Positions 41,003 through 48,066 of a stretch of 48,066 bases of DNA are shown piece by piece. The number at the start of each line of letters is the position of its first letter. Within the stretch, counting starts at the first letter, position 1. The translations under genes were made by a program, and so were the position numbers. The stretch spans positions 1 through 48,066 of the forward strand of contig JBBQYF010000001.1 of NCBI GenBank assembly GCA_038208955.1, in the 5' to 3' direction. The stretch is from Elusimicrobiota bacterium (GTDB lineage Bacteria > Elusimicrobiota > Elusimicrobia > 2-01-FULL-59-12). The notes under the pieces were generated by a model that saw only the letters and a program-made list of their open reading frames with translations, made no database searches and was not told where the DNA came from.

Positions 41003-42019
41003 ATGGCAGAAGACATCGCGGCGCTCGAATTCGAAAAACCCGTCTGGGATCTGGAAAACAAAATCCAGGAACTGCGTTCCTGCGCGGCTTCCGAGCATCT
41101 CGATTTCTCCGACGAAATCCGCGTGCTGGAAGAAAAATGCGAACAGCTCAAGCAGCAAATTTATTTGAATTTAACACCCTGGCAACGCGTGACCATTGCT
41201 CGGCATCCGCAGCGGCCCTATACGCTCGACTATATACGCATGGTCTGCACCGACTTCATCGAGCTGCATGGCGACCGGACGTTTTCGGAAGACGCCGCGC
41301 TCGTCGGTGGGCTGGCGATGTTTGACGGCAAACCAGTGGTCGTCATGGGGCATCAAAAAGGCCGAACCGTTCAGGAGTCGATGCGCCGGAATTTCGGCAT
41401 GCCGCATCCGGAGGGATATCGCAAAGCGCTCCGATTGATGAAACTGGCTGAAAAATTTAAGCGTCCGGTTTTTTGTTTTATTGATACGCCGGGCGCCTAT
41501 CCCGGCATCGGTGCTGAAGAACGCGGGCAAGCGCGGGCGATTGCCCAGAACCTCCTGCAAATGGCGGGACTGCGCACGCCGATGATTTCGATCGTCATTG
41601 GGGAGGGTGGCTCCGGTGGCGCGCTTGCGATCGGCATGGGAGACCGTCTTTTGATGTGTGAAAACGCCTGGTACTCCGTGATTTCACCCGAGGGATGCGC
41701 CGCCATTTTATTCCGCGATGCGGCGCGGGCCCAAGAAGCCGCTGTGGCCTTGAAGCTGACCGCTCCGGAACTAAAGATCATGGGCATCATCGACGATATT
41801 ATTCCGGAACCGCGTGGCGGCGCTCATCGCGATCCATCAGCCACCGCCGAGTCCCTTAAGCGGCTCCTCCGCAGTCATCTCGGGGCGATTGATTCGCTTC
41901 CCGTCGACCGCTTGCTGGCGGCGCGCTATCAAAAATTTCGTTCGCTCGGCACGTGGCGCGACGCCGAATCCGTTCAGAGTGCGGCACCTGTGCGCCGCGC
42001 GGCCCGAAAGCGCGCCTAA
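41003..42019 (+). CDS. accA: Acetyl-CoA carboxylase carboxyltransferase alpha subunit
   Basis: RHPQRPYTLDY, FIDTPGAYPGIGAEERGQ, VIGEGGSGGALA. Confidence 0.96.
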   Translation: MAEDIAALEFEKPVWDLENKIQELRSCAASEHLDFSDEIRVLEEKCEQLKQQIYLNLTPWQRVTIARHPQRPYTLDYIRMVCTDFIELHGDRTFSEDAALVGGLAMFDGKPVVVMGHQKGRTVQESMRRNFGMPHPEGYRKALRLMKLAEKFKRPVFCFIDTPGAYPGIGAEERGQARAIAQNLLQMAGLRTPMISIVIGEGGSGGALAIGMGDRLLMCENAWYSVISPEGCAAILFRDAARAQEAAVALKLTAPELKIMGIIDDIIPEPRGGAHRDPSATAESLKRLLRSHLGAIDSLPVDRLLAARYQKFRSLGTWRDAESVQSAAPVRRAARKRA

Positions 42020-42058
42020 AATACCCGATTAGCACCTATTCCAAGGAGGAAACACAAG

Positions 42059-43114
42059 ATGGCCGTTCAAACCGCCGCAACCACCGCGCAGAGTTCAAAA
42101 GATTATTTTCGTCGCCTAACCCCGGGCAAAATGATGGGCCTGCGGCAGATTACCGATGCAAACGGAAAGTTTAAAGTTTTCGCCCTTGACCAAAGCAACT
42201 CGTTTAAAAAAGCATTGCGCACGTTGCACGAACGAACCAAGGCGCCGGGGGAACCGACGTTTGAAGAAATTCGTGACACAAAAATGGAGATTACCGGGGC
42301 CTTGTCTCCGATGGCATCGGCCGTCTTGCTGGACGTCAATTATGGGTTGCGCCAGTGCATCAACACGGGAGCGCTCGCCCGCGGTGTGGGATTGATCGGC
42401 CGAGTCGAGGCATCCAAGGACGCCGGAATTCCCAGCGAGCTCGAGCCGGGTTGGAGTGTCCGCCAGATTAAGTTGATGGGTTGCAGCGCGGTGAAGCTCT
42501 TGGTTTATATGGACGTGGAGGACAAAGCTTATACTCAGGGCCAAATGGATTTCGCAAAGAAAATCTACGAGGATTGTGCCAAGGAAGACATATTACTCAT
42601 GACGGAAGAATTGTCCTTCCCGCGCGCCGGCGAAGACAAGAAAACGCCTGCGTACGTCGCGCGGCGGGTCAAGAATATTATTGAATCGGCCATATTGCTG
42701 GGTCCGATTACCGACATTCTGAAGTTGGAATTTCCGGGAGAAGAGAACCTCAAAACCGTGAATGACGCGGCGATCCGCCCCTGGGTATTATTGTCGGCGG
42801 GTGAGAAGTTTGACGTTTTCACGAAACAAGTCGAAGCGACGATGAAAGCGGGTTGTTCCGGCACGATGGCCGGCCGGGCCATCTTTAATGAGTACTTCGA
42901 TGGCAACCAGCCGGCGGAACGCGCGCAGTTCCTAAAAACGACCGGCGCCCAGCGAATGAAAATTCTTTCGGATTTGGTCGACCAGTATGCCCAGTCCGTT
43001 TGGGGTCGCTATGGTTTGTCGCCGAAAGATCTGGCGGAAAATGTCGACGCCCATTGGTATTCTGGCGGTAAAGCCCTCACGGGTGCTAACGCCGATACGC
43101 GTGGGGCATACTAA
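42059..43114 (+). CDS. LacD-family class I aldolase (tagatose/fructose-bisphosphate aldolase-like)
   Basis: VFALDQSNSF, SAVLLDVNYGL, AVKLLVYMDVE, DILKLEFP, WVLLSAGEKF and GTMAGRAIF parallel LacD (AFDQRGAL, SILLDPEYGL, AIKFLLYYDVD, DVLKVEVP, YLSAGVS, GVLCGRATW; from memory). Confidence 0.8.
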   Translation: MAVQTAATTAQSSKDYFRRLTPGKMMGLRQITDANGKFKVFALDQSNSFKKALRTLHERTKAPGEPTFEEIRDTKMEITGALSPMASAVLLDVNYGLRQCINTGALARGVGLIGRVEASKDAGIPSELEPGWSVRQIKLMGCSAVKLLVYMDVEDKAYTQGQMDFAKKIYEDCAKEDILLMTEELSFPRAGEDKKTPAYVARRVKNIIESAILLGPITDILKLEFPGEENLKTVNDAAIRPWVLLSAGEKFDVFTKQVEATMKAGCSGTMAGRAIFNEYFDGNQPAERAQFLKTTGAQRMKILSDLVDQYAQSVWGRYGLSPKDLAENVDAHWYSGGKALTGANADTRGAY

Positions 43115-43129
43115 ACGCGGAGAGATGTG

Positions 43130-44161
43130 ATGAATAAACGCGTAGCGATTCTGACGGGCGGCGGGGATTGTCCGGGCTTAAACCCGGCGATTCGCGGCGC
43201 GGTCATGCATGGACTTGATACAGGACTCGAATTTATCGGCCTTCAGGAAGGCTGGCGTGGCTTTATCGAAGGCAAGACGCAAACGCTCGGCCTGACCGAT
43301 GTTAAAGAGATTGTCGGCAAGGGGGGAACCATTCTCGGAACTTCCCGAACCAACCCTTTTAAAATGGAAGGCGCCGTCGTTAAATGCCTCGACACTTTTA
43401 AGAAACTCGATCTGTATGCGGTGGTCGCGCTCGGCGGGGAAGACACGTTGGGTGTGGCCGCACGTTTTTTTAAGGAACATAAATTACCCGTGGTGGGCGT
43501 ACCCAAAACGATGGACAACGATCTGTCGTCGACGGATTACACGTTCGGATTCGATACCGCTACTACCGTCGCCGTCGACGCTGCCGAACGACTGCGCGAT
43601 ACCGGTCGGAGTCACCGGCGGATCATGGTGCTCGAAGTGATGGGCCGTCACGCCGGCTGGGTAGCGCTCTTCACATCGATTGCGGCAGCGGCCGATTGGG
43701 TGCTTTTGCCGGAGCGCGAGTCTGACGTTAAAGCCATGTGCGCCCATGTAAAAAAAGTCCACGCGCGCGACCACGTCGCCATTGTCGTCACGTCGGAGGC
43801 GGTCACGCTTCCGGGGATGAATACCCAAGGCGAGCAACTCGACCAGTTCGGTCATATGCTTTTGAAAAACCGGGCGGTCGGTGAAACCGTGGCCGAAATA
43901 ATCGAAAAAGAAACAGGGGTGGAGACGCGTTCCGCCGTGATCGGACATATTCAACGGGGCGGTGCTCCCACGCTTTTTGACCGGATTCTGGGCACCCGGG
44001 TAGGAGCCAAAGCCGCGGACTTGGTGGCGACCGGCCAATTCGGCCAAATGGTCGCGCTCCGCGGAAACGAGGTCCTGGGTGTTTCGCTCGAAGAAGCGAC
44101 ATCGAAATTAAAGACCGTTCCGAAGGATTGGCTGGCCTTAGCCGATATTTTCTTTAAGTAA
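43130..44161 (+). CDS. pfk: 6-phosphofructokinase with PPi-type signature residues
   Basis: TGGGDCPGLN, GGEDT, PKTMDNDL, MGRHAGW, GHIQRGG. GGAGAG Shine-Dalgarno 7 nt before the ATG at 43130. Confidence 0.9.
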   Translation: MNKRVAILTGGGDCPGLNPAIRGAVMHGLDTGLEFIGLQEGWRGFIEGKTQTLGLTDVKEIVGKGGTILGTSRTNPFKMEGAVVKCLDTFKKLDLYAVVALGGEDTLGVAARFFKEHKLPVVGVPKTMDNDLSSTDYTFGFDTATTVAVDAAERLRDTGRSHRRIMVLEVMGRHAGWVALFTSIAAAADWVLLPERESDVKAMCAHVKKVHARDHVAIVVTSEAVTLPGMNTQGEQLDQFGHMLLKNRAVGETVAEIIEKETGVETRSAVIGHIQRGGAPTLFDRILGTRVGAKAADLVATGQFGQMVALRGNEVLGVSLEEATSKLKTVPKDWLALADIFFK

Positions 44162-44229
44162 AATTCCCCTTTATTTGGCAATCGATTTCTGATAAGTAAG
44201 TTTATGGTCAAACGCGTAAGGAATGCTTT

Positions 44230-45306
44230 GTGGCCTTAACCACCGTCGAAATCCTTCGGCAAGCGGTCAATCTCGGGGTTTCCGATGTTCACCTCATTTC
44301 CAACTCCCCGCCGATGGTCCGATTGCATGGGCAGCTCATCCCCCTGCAGCCAAATTTTCCACCGATTCCCGCAGACCAATGCGCGGGAATGATTTACCAG
44401 TTGATGTCGGAGGATCAGCGCGCCCGCTTTGAGCAGGAATGGACGCTTGATTTTTCGCTGCAAGTCGATGACACGCGATTTCGGGCTAACGTATTATTCC
44501 AGCGACACGGCCTCGAAGCTGTTTTGCGAGTTATCTCCAGCCGCATCCCAACCCCGGAAGAATTAATGCTGCCGCCGGTGGTTCTGGGCCTCACCGATAT
44601 GCATCGCGGACTGGTCCTTGTCACCGGACCGACCGGTTCGGGAAAAACCACGACACTGGCCAGTTTGATCAATATCATTAACCAAAAACGCCGAGCGAAC
44701 ATCATTACGATCGAGGATCCGATCGAATTCATTTATTCAAGCAAATCGTCGATCGTCAGCCAACGCGAAATTGGACTTCATTCCCCGAGCTTTGCTTCCG
44801 CTTTGAAATTTGTCCTCCGCCAAGATCCCGATGTCGTATTAATCGGCGAGTTGCGGGATTACGAAACGATCGCCGCCGCGCTGACGGTTGCCGAAACGGG
44901 CCACTTGGTTTTTGCGACGCTGCATACGGTCGACGCCGCGCAGTCGGTCGATCGCGTAATCGATGTGTTCCCTTCGCGTCAGCAGCAGCAGGTGCGGACG
45001 CAACTAGCGGGTGTTCTCAAAGCGGTGATTTCGCAAAACCTCATTCCCAAGGCCCGCGAGCCGGGGCGGGTCGCGGCTCGGGAAATTATGATCGTCACAC
45101 CGGGCGTCGGCAACTTGATCCGTCAGGGTAAGACGCATGAGTTGTATTCGGCGATCGAAATGGGAGCCAATCAGGGAATGATCAGCCTCGACCGGTCCCT
45201 GGAGGACTTGGTGCGGCGCGGACTGATCGAACCTTCAGAAGCCGTATCGCGTATGAATAACCCCGAAATGAATCCCGCTAAAATGCGACCCCCCAGCCGG
45301 AGTTGA
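44230..45306 (+). CDS. pilT: Type IV pilus retraction ATPase PilT
   Basis: GVSDVHL, Walker A GPTGSGKTT, Asp box ITIEDPIEF, Walker B VVLIGELRD, His box ATLHT, and the AIRNLIREgK-like GVGNLIRQGK. Confidence 0.93.
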   Translation: MALTTVEILRQAVNLGVSDVHLISNSPPMVRLHGQLIPLQPNFPPIPADQCAGMIYQLMSEDQRARFEQEWTLDFSLQVDDTRFRANVLFQRHGLEAVLRVISSRIPTPEELMLPPVVLGLTDMHRGLVLVTGPTGSGKTTTLASLINIINQKRRANIITIEDPIEFIYSSKSSIVSQREIGLHSPSFASALKFVLRQDPDVVLIGELRDYETIAAALTVAETGHLVFATLHTVDAAQSVDRVIDVFPSRQQQQVRTQLAGVLKAVISQNLIPKAREPGRVAAREIMIVTPGVGNLIRQGKTHELYSAIEMGANQGMISLDRSLEDLVRRGLIEPSEAVSRMNNPEMNPAKMRPPSRS

Positions 45307-45325
45307 TCTCGTTTCCGAACGCGCG

Positions 45326-46258
45326 ATGGATATTCCCAAGGCCCTTCACGCCGTCGATCTCCTCTCCGACCTCGCGCCGGCATTGCTCGACGACATCGCT
45401 GGATTCACAACCTTGCGCAGTATGCGCGCCGGTGAAACCATTTTTTGCCAGGGCGAACCATCGCCTTATTGCTTCGGGATCGTCAGCGGTGAAGTGGCCA
45501 TCGAACGTGTTTCCCGGGACCGTCGCGATGGATCGAAAGTGCTGTCAAGTCTCGGCGCCGGAGCTTGGTTCGGCGAATCCGCCATCGTCGAAGTAACTCC
45601 GCGCGCGGCGATGGCATCGGCCGCGCAAGATGGGCAGCTGGTTGTCATCCACGGTCAAAAACTCCGCGAATGGATACTCCGAAATCCCGAACCTGGAATG
45701 ATCGTGCAAACCATGCTCGTTAAGAACCTGCTGCACCGGTTGGAACAAACCAGCCGAGCGCTCTTCCTGATGGACGGCGTCGACCGTTTTTTGGGTGGAG
45801 CGGGTTCTTGGGCGGAACGCTGTTCCAAAGCCCTGGAGTTTCTAAAAAATTCGATCAATGGCGTCGATGCGCTTTTTTTATTTCAGCGCTCCAGCACGCC
45901 CCCTTATTTTATGCCGGTGGCGCATCTATCCACTTTGTCCGAGCTAAAAACGCTGCCCATTGATCACCCTCTTTTGCTGAATTTGGATGCGCGCCGCGAA
46001 GTTCGCATTCTAAACATGCCCGAGGACCGGCAGGTGCTGGAAGGATTTTCCTGGATCCCCGATGATTTTCACTCGCTGGGGATTTTTCCACTGCATGACC
46101 CCGCCGACCCTACAAAACCTCTGCAAGGCGTACTGATTTTCGCTTACCGGCGCATTGAAAAAGGGTTGACGCGAAACACGTTGCTGCCGAGTCTCGACGC
46201 CGCGCGGCAGATCGCCCAAGCTCTCTTTCGACGATGCGAGCATGAACCTGCCTCGTGA
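45326..46258 (+). CDS. Cyclic-nucleotide-binding domain protein with a GAF-like C-terminal region
   Basis: cNMP-binding pattern GETIFCQGEPSPYCFGIVSGEVAI...FGESAIV. I call the C-terminal ~130 aa GAF-like only from its general look. Confidence 0.7.
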   Translation: MDIPKALHAVDLLSDLAPALLDDIAGFTTLRSMRAGETIFCQGEPSPYCFGIVSGEVAIERVSRDRRDGSKVLSSLGAGAWFGESAIVEVTPRAAMASAAQDGQLVVIHGQKLREWILRNPEPGMIVQTMLVKNLLHRLEQTSRALFLMDGVDRFLGGAGSWAERCSKALEFLKNSINGVDALFLFQRSSTPPYFMPVAHLSTLSELKTLPIDHPLLLNLDARREVRILNMPEDRQVLEGFSWIPDDFHSLGIFPLHDPADPTKPLQGVLIFAYRRIEKGLTRNTLLPSLDAARQIAQALFRRCEHEPAS

Positions 46259-46349
46259 CATGGGTGGCTATATGGGTCTTTAGGCTTATCAAAAATTGGT
46301 CCTAAGTCTGCTTGCGCCATTCTCTCACAAGGGCTAATCTCATAAGACG

Positions 46350-47378
46350 ATGCAAATGCACCGGTGGCTGATCGGCGGAAATTTTATTTTGGGATTCTTA
46401 GGCATGCCCATATTTGCCTCGGTTCCAACCCCTGCCCCGCCCCCCGCCGACTACATTGTTGTTCCCCCGACCTTAGCGCGGATTACCGACTCCTACGTCC
46501 GTCCCCTACAGACAACACCCGAATTTATTATTATTCAAGACGTTCACACGCATCCCGAAGTTCAGTCCGACATCGCCGCGATCATCGTCAATGCTTACCG
46601 TTCCTGGGGCGTCAAAAAAGTGTTTCTCGAAGGGGCTTTTACGACGGTCGATCTCTCGATGTTTCAGTCCATCCCTCAAGAAACTCGGACGGCCCTTTTG
46701 CACCGTCTCGTGCAGCAGGGGAATTTGTCCGGACCTGAACTCGCGGCTGTATTGCTAAGCGAGTCCGAGCTTAGGGACGATAGCGCGGACGCGACCTTTC
46801 AATTAATCGGCATGGAGAATTCACGGATATACCGCGAAAACCTGGAGGCTTACCAGTTTGTACTGTCGCGTCGTCCGGCGGCTTTGGCGGAATTGGAAAA
46901 TATACGTCGCTTGCAAGAAACCATGCATATTCCGGAACCCAATCTTCTGGCCACGCAACTGGAGCGGACACAAGAACTCGTCAAGTTAAAGCTGACTCCG
47001 GGGGAATATGACGCTTACTGGCGTGATAAAGCGGCCGTGCCCTCGTCCGCTGGTTTAGACCCGGTTGTTCATGCGGCCGAGACGTTTTACCGACTCGTCA
47101 ACGCGCGCAGCGATATATTTCTCGAAGAGGCCTTACGGAAAGTTCCCGCCGCGACCGGTCCGCGGGTACTTGTCGTCGGCGGCTTTCATACGACGCATAT
47201 GGCCGAGAAACTTCGTCAATTGGGCCACTCCTATATCGTATTGTCGCCGCATGTGACGCAAACCGGCTTTGAAGGACTATATGCCAAGCGTATGATGGAA
47301 AGCATCAGCGCCTTACAAGTCGTCAAGCCTTTTGCCGACCTTGCCGTCGCCAAAGCAAAAATTTCCCCCAACCCATAA
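46350..47378 (+). CDS. Secreted hypothetical protein, possibly of the TraB/ChaN/Tiki superfamily
   Basis: Signal peptide. VFLEGAF near the N-terminus and LVVGGFHTTHM (GxxH) near the C-terminus resemble that superfamily. The assignment is tentative. Confidence 0.5.
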   Translation: MQMHRWLIGGNFILGFLGMPIFASVPTPAPPPADYIVVPPTLARITDSYVRPLQTTPEFIIIQDVHTHPEVQSDIAAIIVNAYRSWGVKKVFLEGAFTTVDLSMFQSIPQETRTALLHRLVQQGNLSGPELAAVLLSESELRDDSADATFQLIGMENSRIYRENLEAYQFVLSRRPAALAELENIRRLQETMHIPEPNLLATQLERTQELVKLKLTPGEYDAYWRDKAAVPSSAGLDPVVHAAETFYRLVNARSDIFLEEALRKVPAATGPRVLVVGGFHTTHMAEKLRQLGHSYIVLSPHVTQTGFEGLYAKRMMESISALQVVKPFADLAVAKAKISPNP

Positions 47379-47594
47379 AACCTTTTCCGCCTGTCCTAGC
47401 GGATTAATCTTACTGACATTCAGCTGCAACATTGGAGGCCCCCCGCGGGAAACGTGATCATTGGACTTTGTTGAAATCCCGATCGCCACTTTCGTATCCA
47501 AACTACCGACAACGGGTTGTACCGGATGGTTTTGCCGTTCGATCTACGGTTCATGAGCGGTCGTCACGACCCTAGCCTTTGGTAAAATTCAATT

Positions 47595-48066
47595 GTGCAT
47601 TCTTCATCGCCGCGCCGTGGCCTGCCATATATTTGGCGGCGTCATTCCTTAAGTCTCACCCTGTTGACCATTACACTTGGCTGGATCTATTTGTATTGGC
47701 GCGGCAATCCTGCGACGCATTGGGGAGCTTTTTACGGCAATGCGATCGCGGACTGGCTGGGTGCCTGCATTATTGTCGTGGTCAGTAAATATCTTCACGA
47801 ACGGGGCTCCGCCGAAAGCCGTTCTTTTACAGACCGCGCGAAAGCGCCGCTTTTCCGATTTCTGATCGAACACTCGCTGAGTCTTTTCCTCTTGGCCGCT
47901 TGTGTGGCCACGGGTCTGCTATACGCGCGCATGGATCCCAATGGAAAATGGGGAAACGTGATCGGGAATATCTTGTCGCAATTCCTCCAGCTTCTGGCCT
48001 TGGTCGTATTAACCAAAAAGCTTTTCGAAAAGGGTTCCAAAGAAACGGATTCGCGGGCGACCGATT
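47595..48066 (+). CDS. Membrane protein, 3' end outside the window (not in the supplied ORF track)
   Basis: The frame is open from the TAA at 47583 to the window end. GTG at 47595. Reads ...LTLLTITLGWIYLYWRGNPATHWGAFYGNAIADWLGACIIVVVSKYLHERGSAES...LLALVVLTKKLFEKGSKETD, with three hydrophobic helices each followed by ERGS/EKGS. Confidence 0.45.
   Translation, partial: MHSSSPRRGLPYIWRRHSLSLTLLTITLGWIYLYWRGNPATHWGAFYGNAIADWLGACIIVVVSKYLHERGSAESRSFTDRAKAPLFRFLIEHSLSLFLLAACVATGLLYARMDPNGKWGNVIGNILSQFLQLLALVVLTKKLFEKGSKETDSRATD

Noticed and set aside
40501-41151. 216-aa minus-strand ORF spanning the OMP/accA junction.
   Set aside because: It is antisense to two well-supported plus-strand genes and has no motifs.
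1-48066. Search for CRISPR arrays, tRNA/rRNA genes, transposases and integrases.
   Set aside because: Reading the intergenic regions showed no regularly spaced direct repeats, no tRNA-like T-arm (GGTTCGAATCC-type) motifs, and no DDE or tyrosine-recombinase ORFs. The only notable repeat pair is the 65-bp inverted repeat reported above. A computational scan (tRNAscan-SE, Infernal/Rfam, MinCED) would be needed to exclude small RNAs.

Overview
48 kb of chromosome from a moderately GC-rich diderm bacterium; I cannot assign the lineage from the sequence alone. Evidence for a diderm envelope: lipoprotein signal peptides, outer-membrane beta-signal C-termini and PilT. Coding is dense, with many ATGA/TAATG/GTGA stop-start overlaps. 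No rRNA, tRNA or CRISPR array was seen. Housekeeping genes I recognise with confidence are dnaE, tpx, gatC-gatA-gatB (with a NUDIX gene inserted), uvrD/pcrA, a RumA-family rRNA methyltransferase, ctaA-ctaB, def, accA, a phosphofructokinase and pilT. The less ordinary parts are: (1) an AT-richer vapBC toxin-antitoxin cassette at 5.3-6.6 kb, bracketed by a 65-bp imperfect inverted repeat, with an ORF-less GC-rich stretch and no transposase; (2) directly beside it, a tightly overlapped minus-strand operon at 6.6-10.9 kb, encoding an Fe-S PD-(D/E)XK nuclease, a signal-peptide Nuc/PLD nuclease, a YihX-like HAD phosphatase, a secreted TPR protein with an 8-Cys C-terminal module, a thioredoxin-fold protein with CxxD instead of CxxC, and a small Trp-rich protein; this is my best candidate for an undescribed system, possibly defence or envelope related; (3) an operon at 12.1-14.7 kb of a small OMP-like protein, a soluble PAS histidine kinase, a REC-only regulator and a YacP/Rae1-type NYN RNase; (4) a heme-A cluster at 24-30.6 kb (cupredoxin-like protein, ctaA, ctaB, ABC-2 exporter, DUF420) with no oxidase structural genes, preceded by a chain of overlapping small membrane ORFs; (5) a standalone FliG C-terminal-like protein; (6) a LacD-family aldolase paired with a PFK carrying the PPi-type signature; (7) apparent leaderless promoter-start arrangements. 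All family assignments come from reading motifs by eye. No database search was run.
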